DNA of 64,000 nucleotides from Spirogloea muscicola (Eukaryota). Below the pieces are notes generated by a model. The model was not told where the DNA came from, searched no databases, and worked only from the letters and a program-made list of their open reading frames with translations. Shown here one piece after another: positions 11,881 through 24,209 of the stretch. Position 1 is the first letter of the stretch. Every line of letters starts with the position of its first letter. Position numbers and translations under genes: made by a program. Location of the stretch: NCBI GenBank assembly GCA_009602725.1, contig WELB01000001.1:873453-937452 (forward strand). The letters run 5' to 3'.

Positions 11881-13297
11881 CAATGAGCAGCCTAGCATAC
11901 TTGATTCTCTTGACGTGCCAATGTCAACTATGTGGTCCCTGGAGAAACGACAAAAAGCGTCCGAAGGACGTCGAGTCTGAGCACCAGAAGTAGAAGCTAC
12001 GGTGTAGTCGACTTGTGGCGATATGACAACACAAACAGGGCACGCTGGCAGACAGATAGGTAAGCATCATAGAGCATGAGGCTGAAGAAGTCGCAGGCCC
12101 CTGAAGGGATCTCTAACACTCCCATGACAGATACGTTCATAATAATTGAAACCGTATCTGGAGGACCTACAAACAGCTTTTGGCCCTCAGATTGGTTGGC
12201 ACGCACAGAAGGACGATTGTCGATATTCGGCTGCTCGCAGCCATCTGCTGCCGATCTGCAGCTGTGCGAGTGCTTAAGTTAGCTGCCACTGATGATTCTG
12301 GCAGCGTGCCCTCTTCTCGTCAGGCACATCAAGACTGGCACTTTACTGAACGGCGTGACAAAGGTGGCGCCTGGCCTGATGCATGTAGGTGGTGTTTGTG
12401 AACCTACATGCTGATCACCTTGTGAAGCAGGACTGCTTTGATGCACTCTGCTATCGCAATCTGTCCGTCCAAGGTTCTCACGTAGAAGAAGACCAGGCCC
12501 CTGTTACGGCCTTGCTATACGAATATGCAACGGCACTGCAGTCGCATATTTAGCATACATCTGAGGGGCCGATGAGGGGCTTGTCCGCCAAGTGGCTGTG
12601 TCTACTGCTATTGATCTGTACGTGTACCAGGTGCAGCATGTGCATTACTTGGCTGTTGCTTGCTTCGGGCTGCAGAAGTTGAGCATATGAGTCCTTCGTG
12701 TATGCTTCTCTGGTGCTTAAGTCGTGCGTGTCTGTAATGAGTCTGTCACCATGCTCTGAACTACAGGTCATCAAGCAATGGCTAGCAGGACTACACCCTA
12801 ACTGTGAAAGTCGAATTCTGGCCGTCTTCATCCTCTTTGGGTGGCCTTATACTCCCATCGCCCCATCTTGAAGAGCTTCTTCTTCCAGATAGCTTCTTTA
12901 ACTGCAGTGTATACTTCATGTTGCATTAGGTACCTACATCCATTGGCTTCTCTGCTCACCTTGATCATATTCTCGTGCTCGTCTCCTTCCGTGTTGTCCT
13001 GCTTCTTGCATAACCCTCTCTCCTGTCCACTTCTATGACAGCAGAATTCAACAATCGGAGAGTATGGAGGTACAGGAGACTGTAGCAGCCAATGTAGGTG
13101 GCCGCAACGGTCCAGTCGTTTAGGCATCTAGCCCAGTAATATTGCAGTGCAGCACTACACAATCATTCTTAGGCACACCAATCTGAAGCAGTGTTGCGGT
13201 TCCCCTTTTCAGGGGACTTGGGCTTCACAAGGCTTCCAACTTGAAAGAGACTTGTTCGAGCCAAGGTCTTCTGACTGGCTTGTGCGGCCTAACATCG

Positions 13298-15241
13298 TCA
13301 CAGGCGGAAGACCTTGGCTCGCACTTTCTCCACCCTCCGGCATGTCAACGAGATGCGAGCTTGAGCCCGAGCTGCAGATAGTGGAACGCCTGCTTCTGAT
13401 ACGGCTTCCTCGCTGTCAGATTTCTGCAAGATTGCCTGATTCAATGACGTCAAATTAGATTCACTCAACAGCAGAGAATTGAGTTACTCATAAGTTGTAA
13501 GGGGTAGTGTTCACCTCCACAGCTGCATTTGCGTTGATAACCTCAGAGATTTCATGCAGGTAGTCTGGCACCCTCATGGCAGCAAGCAACCAGTGATATC
13601 AGCAGTGAAAGGACATAGGAGGAAGGAACTTGCTACAATCCCAGCAGCAACAACCTACATACTTAGTGGTGTTCTAGGAGGGTCTAAGTCTTGGGTAAAG
13701 AAAATGATGTTCGTACCCTGGTATGCAGCATCCTTGAAGATCAGCAACGACCTGGGCGGTAGTCTTACAGGAAGCACAGGCGGAGGTGAATGGCCTCTGG
13801 CAGCGCCCTGGATACTTCCATTAGAGCAAGCTGAAGTCAAGCTTCCACCACATGTCACAAACACTGGCATCCACAAGAGCATTTTGTCAGAAAGCTCTGA
13901 CTGGGAAATACATAGCAACGAAAGAAGTTGGTGAAGTTGGTGAAATGTAGGTGGCATGTGTGTTGAGCAGATTCAGACATCTCTACTACTAGCTATAACT
14001 CCTTGAACCCACTACCAATGCCTATTAAGAAGCCATGCCTCAGTTGCAGAAGCGCAGATTTAGCATCGCACCTCAGCAAGCAGGCCTTGGTGGGGGTGGA
14101 ACTGCATGACCGCTGGCAGGCCCAGCGACAGGATGAGGACAACGGGGTAGTACAAGGGCCCGTCCTGGTGCCGCTGCAGTCAGCCATAACCCTGTGCTCC
14201 ATAAGAGAATCACCAACATGCATAACACAAATTGCAAATTGCAGGTGTGGCAATTCGTAACGGAAGGCCTCACCATGATGCCCTGGCCTGGTGCGTATTC
14301 GTTAATCAGAATGTGATTGATTGGAGAAACCAGCTGATCGAAGTCCTCCTCAAGCCTTGCCGCCAGCGCTGCCAGCCACGCCAGCACTGCAGGTCACCGT
14401 GGTCCGCAAGTATGTCAAATTCAGGCCGAGCATGTCAGAATGAAAAGAGCACCAGTGGAAAGAACATGTAAGCTTCATCTACTCAAATTTTGTCACGCAT
14501 GGAAGCTTACTTAAGGGCGTGTAGGATGCCCCAAAAAGCTTATAAGATTGTTATATAGAGTGGTTATATAAGTTAGAGGGCAATATATGGGGTGTCCTCA
14601 CGTGCTTGCGGGATCATTCCTTTCTCGTGGACTGTGCCACCTGGCATGCGTCGCGGCTGCTGCTCAGATTTGTGCACCACAGTCTGTCTGCTGATAAGGA
14701 GATGTGGGCCCCAGCGCCTGCCTGGCACTCTCATGACCAGTGGTTTCGTGCAGTGGCCAAGCTGTTGTTTGACAAGAGCGACGAAGACTGCGTAGGTGGG
14801 ACAAAGCGTCACCCCACTCCTGCAAGCGGCGGTTGCGAACCACCCGCCACTTTGCACTCGGCGCGCCATAGACCTGGTGGCAAAGGCCACAAGCATGAGT
14901 AAAGGAGGAGGAACTTCGGCATCAGATGATGCACTTCCGATCTGGTATGGCATATTAGTCACAGCATCACAAACGCATGGCGAGGTTTTGTGTTGACTTG
15001 AAACAAGCATCAGCAAGCTTGCAAAGTGGGGGCTCGGCTGGGGCAGCTGTGCCAGAACCTGCCTCAGCAGCAAGGCCTCCTCCGCGGGCGTCAGGTAGTC
15101 GGGCACGCAGTACACAGTGGGCAGGTCGCCGACGCGCCAGCGGGCGAGCTGCTCGGCGGCCTTCGTGGCGGACTTGGCGTCCTCACTGCCGCGGCTGTCG
15201 TCCGGAAGGCATTGCCCGCCGTCCTCGCCGCTTTGGGGCAT
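13298..15241 (-). CDS. ALKBH6: Alpha-ketoglutarate-dependent dioxygenase AlkB homolog 6
   Basis: Exons read LPTVYCVPDYLTPAEE..LL; W..VRNRRLQEW; GGTVHEKGM; INHILINEYAPGQGIM; PHQDGPLYYPVV.ILSLG; PRSLLIFKDAAY; YLHEI; and RISLTCRRV..KVFRL*. Confidence 0.92.
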
Positions 15242-15454
15242 GTCAGTGAGTCCGGCCAGCACCACCTCCCAGAATCCAAGTCCTGGACCTCGGCACCCCA
15301 GTGGAGCCCCACGCCGCCGCCGCAACGCCGGGCGGCGCAGGCAGCACGCACGCAGCCGTCGTGGCCGCCTTTGAAAGCCCTTTTCCTGACGGCAGTCGCC
15401 AATCACCTAGACCCGACTGCCTTCCCAAGCCTTTCCCCTGATTCTGATTTGGGC

Positions 15455-17350
15455 TCCTCACTAGAAGAATGTGCTCGCCCATAGAAAGGAAGCGGCTGCT
15501 GATATGAAAGAATCGGCTGTGAAATGCCAGCCAGATGCATACAGGTGTTCATGACGGAGCCAAAGGCTAGGCAGACAGGGCGCCCTCAATACCCCCGTGT
15601 CAGCAGTAGGAAGTCAGATGAGCTGAGGGGAGGAAGAGCAACCCCGCTGCGCAAGCCAGAGGCTGCTGCAAGGGCGCGACCAGCGCGGCGGTGCAAAGCA
15701 AGCGCTTGGGAGCGCTGCAGGGACATAGACAGTCGCATACGGTAGCAGGACACCAGACCCAAAGGCACCGAGCCACCGGGAAGGGCAGCACCCCGCCGGG
15801 TGGTCCTTGTACTTGTGAAAAGAGAGAAGGCGCGCGGGGCGCATGAATTGAAAGGGAGGCCAATTCAAGCCAATACATTGTTCAGGCAGAGTCGAGTGCA
15901 GACTTAGAGGGGCTGGCAGAAGCCAGCCGAAAAAGAATCCTCACTAGAGGTGACTAATAAGTGGTTAAGTGGTTCACCTACGAGGAAAGCTTTGGGCTTT
16001 CTGACCCCGCTTCTCTATGGGCGAGCACTTTCTTTCTGACCCCTTCGGACCTTGTCAAGTCTTTCCGGGCTGGCTATTCACAGCTCTTGCCCCCTGTATA
16101 AAGGAAATGCGTGTATATTAAGAGATGGGGAGGCCATGTGTGGCCAAGTACAAAGGCAAGCACATTGGACAAATGTACGTCACCTGCTGCTAAGCTGACC
16201 CGCTCAGCAACCACGAGTCAGCACATAGAGGTCGCTAGCTGACGCTCGAATACCGGACGGCAGTATAAAGGTCCAGCATCGACACAAATCGCTGGCCACG
16301 CAGTGGGCATTGCAGAGCAGAGAAAGCTACAGCACTACTCCGACTACCCCCGGTGCGATCAGCTCCTGCCAGCTGCAGTTGACACCTTTGGCTGTCTGGG
16401 TCCGCGTTTCCACTCCCTCCTCCACAACATTGCCAATCTAGGCTACACACGACGTGCAGATGTGTTCCCGGCTGAGATGTGCTTGCCAGCTGCATATCGG
16501 TCTTTCTCGCGACGACGAGTTTCGGCCTGTTTGCAGCGTGCCCAGGATAAGGCCATGCACCAGAAAGCTGGGCGAGCTCTAGTTGGTGGCAGAATGGCTT
16601 CTTATCTGACATCTAGTATTCAGGCATCGATTAGCGACCTTTATATTTTGACCCGCGGTTACTGAGCGGGTCATTCTGCTGTAAATTATGTAGGTCTTAG
16701 ATGTGCTTGCCTGTGTACTTGGCCATTTGGCCTTCGTTTGTTTCAAATACACGAAAATTTCTTGCCCCCTATGGGAGAGCCACTTTCTTTCCCCTTGTAC
16801 ATGTTGTAGACCTTTGTAATTTGTTTTGGGCTGGCACCTCTCTCTCCTTGTCAATTATTCGGGCTGGCTTATCACAGCCCTTGCCCCCAATTGTACTTGG
16901 CCATTTGGCCTTCGTTTGTTTCAAATACACGAAATTTCTTGCCCCCACTGGGAGAGCCACTTCTTTCCTTCAGCTTCCATCTGCGGTAGTCTCGTGTCTA
17001 GCGTGAGAAAAAGGCTTTTGGGAGAGCCAGTCTCTCACAGCCACTGCCTTACATGGGAAGGGCTATCTCTTTCCCCAGCCATTGGCTTTTGGGGCTGGCC
17101 TTCCACAGCCATCGCCCCTTCCTGCAAGAGCTACTTCAATCCCTGCCTCACAGGCCTCCCCCACCCCACTTCACCCTGCCCGGACTCCCCCTCCCTCGAG
17201 CAGTTGTGGCTGCGGAGTATCTATTTCCCAAGCGACTTGCTTCGCTGCGTGGTGGACGGTGTTTACTGGGATTCCCCCTTGCCTTGTCCAGTCACTTTGG
17301 GCTGGCCTTTCACCGCTGCTTCTTTCTCTTTCACAGCCATCGCCTTCTTT
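15455..17350. mobile_element. Island of nested, truncated RLE non-LTR retrotransposon 3' ends (families A, B, C and a fourth tail type)
   Basis: The 15465-15937 block is bounded by the 11-bp direct repeat tcctcactaga. MRLSMSLQRSQA..LLTRGY* lies on minus at 15586-15740. A family B copy at 16283-16760 (+) ends YILTRGY*. Multiple GGGCTGG..CAGCC tails follow. Confidence 0.8.
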
Positions 17351-17912
17351 GGATGAGTTTCTGTTGTCACAGCCTAGCCGGGCAGAGTCCACGGTGTCCA
17401 CGACTCTCATATGTCGCTGCGTGCTCTGACCTGGCCATGCATTGGGCACATGATATGTGCTGACACCCACATGCGGCGGCCGCAGATGTGGACCAAGCCA
17501 GAAGAAATGACTATACGATGCCACCATCATCGTCTACGGCGCAGTTACCAATGCTGCTCGGCCTGAGCTGCTGCAGTTTCTGCAGCAGCATGTACATGCA
17601 GTACATGGTCCTCCAAGATTGATCCGGGCGAGGAAACCTTCTTCAATCCCTGATTGCTATCCAGCTATCACAAGAGGATATGGCTCTCCCAAAGGGACAG
17701 TGGTCGATCGGTCAAATAATTAAGCACAACCGGGCCAAGCAATGCCTCTTCTGCGGTACAAGAATTCTACGTAGCATCAAGTCAGTAGGGCAAGCACTCT
17801 GTCAACAAGAACTCCATGATCCAATACTTATTGACAGCGAGGCAATACAAGCCCCTATAAACAGATGGATCACTATGTGCTAATGAATGATTTGGGCCTG
17901 CCTGCCGCTGCT

Positions 17913-20900
17913 TCACTGCAGGTAAGCGACTGTGCACCCGGGATTCATAATGCCCTCCTGCTCAAATTTGGCCACATTACGGTGGCCCTTGAGCCGGCTA
18001 AGCACAGCCTGCTTGACGGCCCCCGTCCCCAAGCCATGGATAATGAATAAAACAGAGCCCCGGCGGCTGGTCGCCAATGCAAGGTCAAGGTCCATCAGGG
18101 CGTCCTCGACCCGCTTTCCCCGCAGGTCAAGCGTATTCCTACTGCTCTGCACTGCTGCGTCAAATTTGAGCTCGCCACCATCTCCAGCTCTTTGGAGAGT
18201 CGACTTGCTCGCATCTTCCTCCTGGACAAAGCAGATGCAATGGATGCAGTGAAGAGCTTTGGTCAGACAAGACGTTCATCGACAGATTGGACACAGATCA
18301 ATGCAAGCACCTGAGGCTTGCCTATCAATAACATCACAACCAGCGGCGTGTCGTGCAATATCCTGTTGGTGGTTCATTCGTGTTGATCTGACAAGGATGG
18401 TGACGTGCAAGCCCTGAGGACATTCTCCGATTAAATCCTCCAGTAGCTGAGGACCTACTTCTCTTTGTTCTTCTGATGCATCAGCTGGAACGGGCTTGGC
18501 CATCCCTAAGACAGTGTCTCGCAATCTTCTATGTACATCAGCAGCTTCCAGAGTCAGGTAATGCCCCAGGAGCAACATAGCATCATCACAGTTGACCTTG
18601 CAATCCTGGAGTGGACAAAGGTGGACCTAATATTTGCAGGCTTCCCCTGTCAAGGCTTCAGCTCAATGAGATTGGGACGACGCTTCGTAATTCCAAACCC
18701 AGTGAGCTGAAGCCTTGACATGGGAATCCAGCAAATTGTAAGGTCCACATTTGTTAACTCCGCATCCAGGGTTGCAAGGTCAATCATGACGATGCTATGC
18801 TACTGCTGGGACGTTACCTGACTCAGGAAGCCGCTGATGTAAAAGATTGCGGGTCACTGCCTTGGAGATGACCACGCCACTTCCGGCTGATGCATCAGAA
18901 GAACATCAAGAACTTAGGTCCTCACTTACTAGAGGATCCTGTCAAAGAGATGTTCTCATGGCTTGCACGTCAATTTAAATACAGCACAGCTATGTATAAT
19001 CAGGTGTAAATGAGGTTCTGCCAGGACTACAATCTGCCCCATTGATGTAGTATGGCAAACGACGCCCTGTGGCATGACAGGAGTCTAATAGCGCTTCCTC
19101 GGTGCAGCTCCTCCCCTTGCATGCTAGTCATTATAAGACGTCAGTCCGTCTCACCTCCTCTGCTGTCCATGACCTCCACTGCCCCTTGCCAGAGGAAAGC
19201 TCTGACTCATCCTCCACAGGCAAAATCTCGTCCAGTCTGACTTTCATTCGCAGCATGCCCAGCTCCACAGTCAGCTCCTCAGTGTCTCCCTCATACGCGC
19301 CTCCCTCAGAGCCCTCCACGACCGTCACCGCGGCGCTGCCGAGCCTCCTGACCAGCACCCTCTGACCAACTCTTGGCCGCCATGTCATTGCGCTATCTGG
19401 CAGCGGCCTGTCTGTGCTGTCGTCAGGGCCGTCATGGGCTAGCAAGCTGGACACGCGAGCTCGGTCTACGTCATGCTCGGCCGCAATGCCGGCAATGGCT
19501 GCCAAAGTGGCCTTGACATTTCCATGTTTCGTGCTTCGGAAGTCATCTAGGATGGCATTCATCCTCGCACGGGCCCTCTCCACGTCCAGCATTACTGACT
19601 GCCGCAATTGTTGCCGAAGTTTCGACTCCCTGTGGACCAAGCCTTGGCTCTCCTCCTCTAGCTGGTGCTCACATGCAATGGAGAAGATGAAGGTCAGAGC
19701 AGAGCCGTGGCAGACCTTCGAGCTCTGTCGTCCTCGTATGACAAGTATAAGCTAAGACATGGTGTCGCATGAAAAGGCACGAGGGCCCACAAACTAAGAG
19801 CTCACCAAGGTGTGCATCTTCTCCACCTCAGACAGAACAGCAGCTGCAGCTTCCGCCTTGAGTTCCTGGTCCTTGCACTGCTGGAGCAGCGCAGCGATGA
19901 GCTCGCTCGCCCTCAGGCCCGAGTCTGACGGCTTGAGCTTGCCCATCAGGACCTTCCCTCGGGCCAAGATGGCGGGGTCCAATCCGAGAATCTCAGAGAT
20001 GGCAAATGCGTTACTCTGACCAGATTGGCCCCACAGCAATCTGTAAGTTGGCCGCAGTGTTGTCAGGTCAAACTCCACACCGGCATTCTGGAAGCGAGTA
20101 TCATGATCCTGCAGCCAACATAGTGCTCAGATCAGCTCCATCATGCTTGCCCAGCTTGTAGAACTTAGCGCAGATGCCAAAATGGTCCAAGCAAAGCAGA
20201 AAGAGTGATACCCAAGGCTCTACTAAGCTGGAATCTCTGCTCTGCATTGAAGTGACAAGCTTGCAGTTTGCTCCTGACCTTAAGGAACTTCAGATCTGCA
20301 AAGTGCGTTGTAGCCACAGTAAGTCCTCCTCCCTCAGCCAGGTGGTGTAGGACAGCGGTAGCCAAAGCCATTCCCTCAGAGGGATCCGTGCCACTCCCAA
20401 CCTCATCGAGGAGAACCAGCGGACAATGTCCTGCTGCTGAGAGTATGCGACAGAGCCGCTTCACGTGCCCACTGAAGGTAGACAGGCTCTGCTCCAGCGA
20501 CTGTCTTGGAGCAGAAGACGATGCATAGTTGCAGTTTGAGCTGACAATAGGCCTCATCAAACACTACTTGCTGGGTGGACTAAGGCAGAATATACTGATG
20601 TGCTGCTTGCCCGATGTAATGTAAGAGGCCAAGTAACAGAAGGCACTACTTCGAGCACAGGCAAACACCGAGCGGTTGGGATGTTGGGTGTCGAAAGAAC
20701 CTGCTCATCACCGATGTCGGCGAAGATATTATCATGCCACATGAGCCGGCATGGTGATGCCGCGCAGACAGGGAGGAAGAGCCCCGCCTTGGCCATGAGT
20801 GCGCACACGCCGAACGTCTTCAGGGCAGCGGTCTTCCCTCCCGTGTTGGGCCCAGTGATTGTCACTACCCGGGTCCTCCTCTCCACAAGCAAGTCGATGG

Positions 20901-23041
20901 GGACGGGTGCCACCGTGCCAGGCACGTCTTTGCGGTCGTCTTCCTCTCCATCTACCTCCTGACTGCTCGGCGGTTCACTCCGTGGGGCGGCGAGCAGCGC
21001 AGTAAGGGAAGCCCGGCCTCGCCTGGTGCTCTCTGCCTTCGCGCTGCCTGAGGAGGGCGGCAGAAGCGTCTGCGCCAGCAGGAGGGGGTGCACCACCTGC
21101 CGGAGCTCCACGACCAGCGCTCCGCCATCGGCGGGCCTGCCAGAGGTGCTGGCTGGCCCGCTGCGCTCACCCTCCAGCTCGTTATCGTTTTCGTGAACGA
21201 ATTGTGGCCGCGCCCCTCCGAGCCACTGTGCGTGCTTGGCGCGAGCGCAGGCCAGGTCGAGCACCGTCACACGCTGGAGGAGGTCAGAGATAGCATCTGC
21301 AAACACCGCAGCTGATTGCATCAATATATGGAACTAAGCCTGACTTGACCTATATAGAATAGCAAATGATTTGTCCGCAGGCTGGCTGCTGAGGTTATCA
21401 GACATCTCAAGTCGTAACATGCATGCAGGCGCTTGCCTGATGACCCTGCAACCATGTTGGAAAGCGCTGCCAGGACGGCCTCCTCCTCCGCCTCCACGGC
21501 AGAGGCGAGCTCCTTCTCCAGGTTGTTCAGCGTCACAGCGGCCTTGGGCTCCACAAAGTGCGTGGTCCCCGTCTTGCTGACACCAAGTGTGACGCCCCCC
21601 GGCAGGAGCTGGGCCTTGTGCGATCCACGGATGGCAATGCACGAACGCGCCCGCCGCCGTGTCACAAGCGCCGTGTCCATGCCACCGGCTGCGGCCACTC
21701 TGACTGCCTCCTCCTGGCGACAGAAGCAAGCCACATTGTGGAACCTGATCAGTCTCTTGCGCATTCGTACCACTTCATCATCAACACGATCGATCGTTTT
21801 CGTCTGATATTGCAACATTAAGTAAAGCTGCAAAACTGAGGATCAGTGATTGGCAAATTTGCCACTCAGATGGGCTTGCTGATGGTGTTTCTATTGCAAG
21901 TATATAAGGTTTGCCAATTGTAGACGCAAAGCCTTGTGGAGGCGACGTGCAATGGATCACTACACTTGAGGAGCACCTTGAGAAGAGCCTCAAGTGCGCG
22001 CAGGTTCTCTGTGCGGCGGTGGCGCACGTCCGCCAGGGCCTCACTGGCACAGTCCAGCATGCTGGCCTGCGCCAGGTCCAGGCAGCGAGCCACGGCTCCT
22101 TGCAGGCCCGGCAGGAGGTCGGCACCGGCCATCACGTCCCTCAGAGGCTGCACAGCACCGTCCTCGCAGCCATTGCGAACAGCTGCGAGCGCCGTGTGCA
22201 GCGCAGTGATGGGCTGCATCGTCGTGCCGACGAGGCAGAGCTCCTCCAGCCGGCAGACGGCGCCGTCCCGAGCGGCCCGCAGGACGCCCGAGAGGTCCGC
22301 GATGCCGCCAAAGTCCAGCTCGACGGCCATGGCAGCGGGGACCTGCGCAAGCAGCTCCTCGCTCTCCGCCCTGCTGGCGCCCAGCGGCAGCCGCGCCGCG
22401 GCAGCCAGGCGCTGGCCCATGGGCGTGGAGGCGAACGCCGCCACCTGCCGGCAGACCGCCGGCCACTCCAGCAGCCGCAGCGCCTCCTCCTGCACGACCA
22501 CCACGTCCGCCAGACGACGCTCCCCACCATCTTCCCCCTCCTCCTCCTCCTCGTTGTCCTCGTCTTCCATCTCCTGGTCGTCAGCCTCGCCCAAGGCCTC
22601 GTCCTCATCACCAGCCTCGCCCATGTCGCCGCCGCCGGCCGCACCGAGCTCCATGTGGTCCGACCCGTCGCCAGCAACTCGCAAGCCCGCAGCCTCGACT
22701 CCGCCGTCGGCGTCGCTCCCATGGCGGCTCGACTCCAGCACAATCGTGCGTCCTCCGGCACTCTGATCGCCCGAGGCTCCGAGTGCAGCAGCAGCAGCAA
22801 GCGTCACTGGGGTTGCTCGGGGCCTGCCGTCCATATTGGCCCCCCATGACAGATCCAGCAGCCCGGCAGCCGGCCCTGCTGTCCGGTGCTTGGCGGCGCC
22901 ACGCCCGGGAGACCTCCCGAGCGGCGGCGCTTTAAGCGCGCACAGGGCAGCGGCCGCCTTCCCTGGCGGCAGCAGACGGCCATGCCGGGCCAAAGGCAGG
23001 GGCGCCCGTGCGGCGGGCAGCGGCGCGCACGGCGGCGGCAT
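17913..23041 (-). CDS. MutS2: Plastid-type endonuclease MutS2 (MutS ATPase plus C-terminal Smr domain)
   Basis: Transit-peptide-like N-terminus, then LEWPAVCRQVAAFASTPMG, ITGPNTGGKTAALKT (Walker A), ADIGDEQSLEQSLSTFSGH, LLDEVGSGTDPSEG, ATTHFADLK, EFD..TLRPTYRLLWG, and Smr LDLRGKRVEDA..IIHGLGTGAVK. Confidence 0.95.
18401..18972. repeat. Long inverted repeat (foldback) derived from a C5 DNA methyltransferase coding fragment, inside a MutS2 intron
   Basis: Arms 18401-18680 and 18685-18972 are reverse complements, roughly three-quarters to four-fifths identical by eye. Both encode VDL..AGFPCQGFSS. Confidence 0.85.
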
Positions 23042-24209
23042 CGCCGGCACCTGCGCCCGGCGAGGCGTGCCTCGAGCAGGCCGCAGACGCTCGGGGCCTC
23101 GCTCGGCCTCACCGCTGCCAGACTCCACAAAGTGACGGCGGCGCCTTATCCCCGGCTCTCAAGCCGCAGCCGCCGCCGCCTCCGCAATCAGAGCCGCCGC
23201 CGCCGCCATGGATTGCGCCTCGCCGTGCGAGGCGCCCGCGACTGGTGGCGACCGCGGCCGGGAGGCCTTGCGAGTGTACCCCCGAGGCAGGAGCAGCGGT
23301 TTAGCCGAGGAAGGGTGTACGAGCTCTGACCGTCAGCTGACGAGCTGACGGTGCTCGCATATCGTCAGCGTCACCACGCTCGCAGCGATGATGTGCGCAG
23401 TCGCCGCCGCTGGAGGCCACGGATTGCGGCCGTTTAGCTCCAGACCTGCCCGTCGTTCAATGATATCTTTACCTCCGGCATAAGCATGCTAAGAGTCCCA
23501 AGGCCGCGGGCTTGTCCCCCCTCCGCACAAAGCCTTGCCTACAATCGCCGATCAGCTTGGCTCTCCAGCGCCGCTGTTCTTGCGCAGCCGCTGAAGAGCT
23601 GCGCAGCAGGCGCCGAGCTGGCGCGGAGCACCACTGGATCGAGTTCCGGCTGGCTGTGTTTCCGTGCTCGCTCGGTCATTGAGTCTGGCATTCCTGCATC
23701 CAGCTCTCTGCCTTCGCCTGGTGCTCCTGAATGTGCAAACATAAAGAGCGGCCGTGCTATTATCCTCTGTTGCGGCTGCATCCTCGTGCCAACGGTTTGT
23801 CGCTTCACGGCGACTTACAGGCCAGCAGTGATGGCTGGTCTCTTCTAATAAACGTTTTCCAATACAAGAATGGTGTGCTTGCACGAAGAATCAACAGGAA
23901 CATGCGCTGGCATTGGCACCAATGAATCTATTACAGCTAGAAGTGGTAAGTAGGAATCTCTTTATTGGCCTGCCTGTTCATAGTCACGTACGAGGCGACA
24001 GAGAGCAGATTAGCAGCTGCAGCGAGACTTGAAGAAGCAGTGTGCTCCATGGCTGTGAAGCATGGGTCCGCCTGCTGCGAGGGTGGAGACTACCAGGATC
24101 TGCCGTCGGGCTGCGCCAACTCCGTGCTCTGGAGCTCAAGCTGGACCACTGATAGTCGTGACTGCAGGGTGGCAACTGTCGAGGAGGACCGGCAAATGCA
24201 GGTATCTGA

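Noticed and set aside
12828..13020. Possible spliced small ORF (MQEAGQHGRRRAREYDQVKEAIWKKKLFKMGRWEYKATQRG) on the minus strand
   Set aside because: Splice sites are plausible, but there is no recognisable homology. It could be ALKBH6 3' UTR or chance.
15950..17350. Hammerhead ribozyme or Penelope-like element
   Set aside because: I found no CUGANGA/GAAA core in a suitable stem context and no GIY-YIG motif by eye. An Infernal search would be needed to exclude it fully.
18276..18578. 100-aa minus ORF as a nested gene or extra MutS2 exon; also an intact DNMT gene
   Set aside because: It is one arm of the foldback. The DNMT-like frame is on the opposite strand, has stops and frameshifts, and lacks the other motifs.
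21911..23329. Several long plus-strand ORFs (312, 276 and 147 aa)
   Set aside because: They are antisense or alternate-frame shadows of the GC-rich MutS2 first exon and have no domain features.
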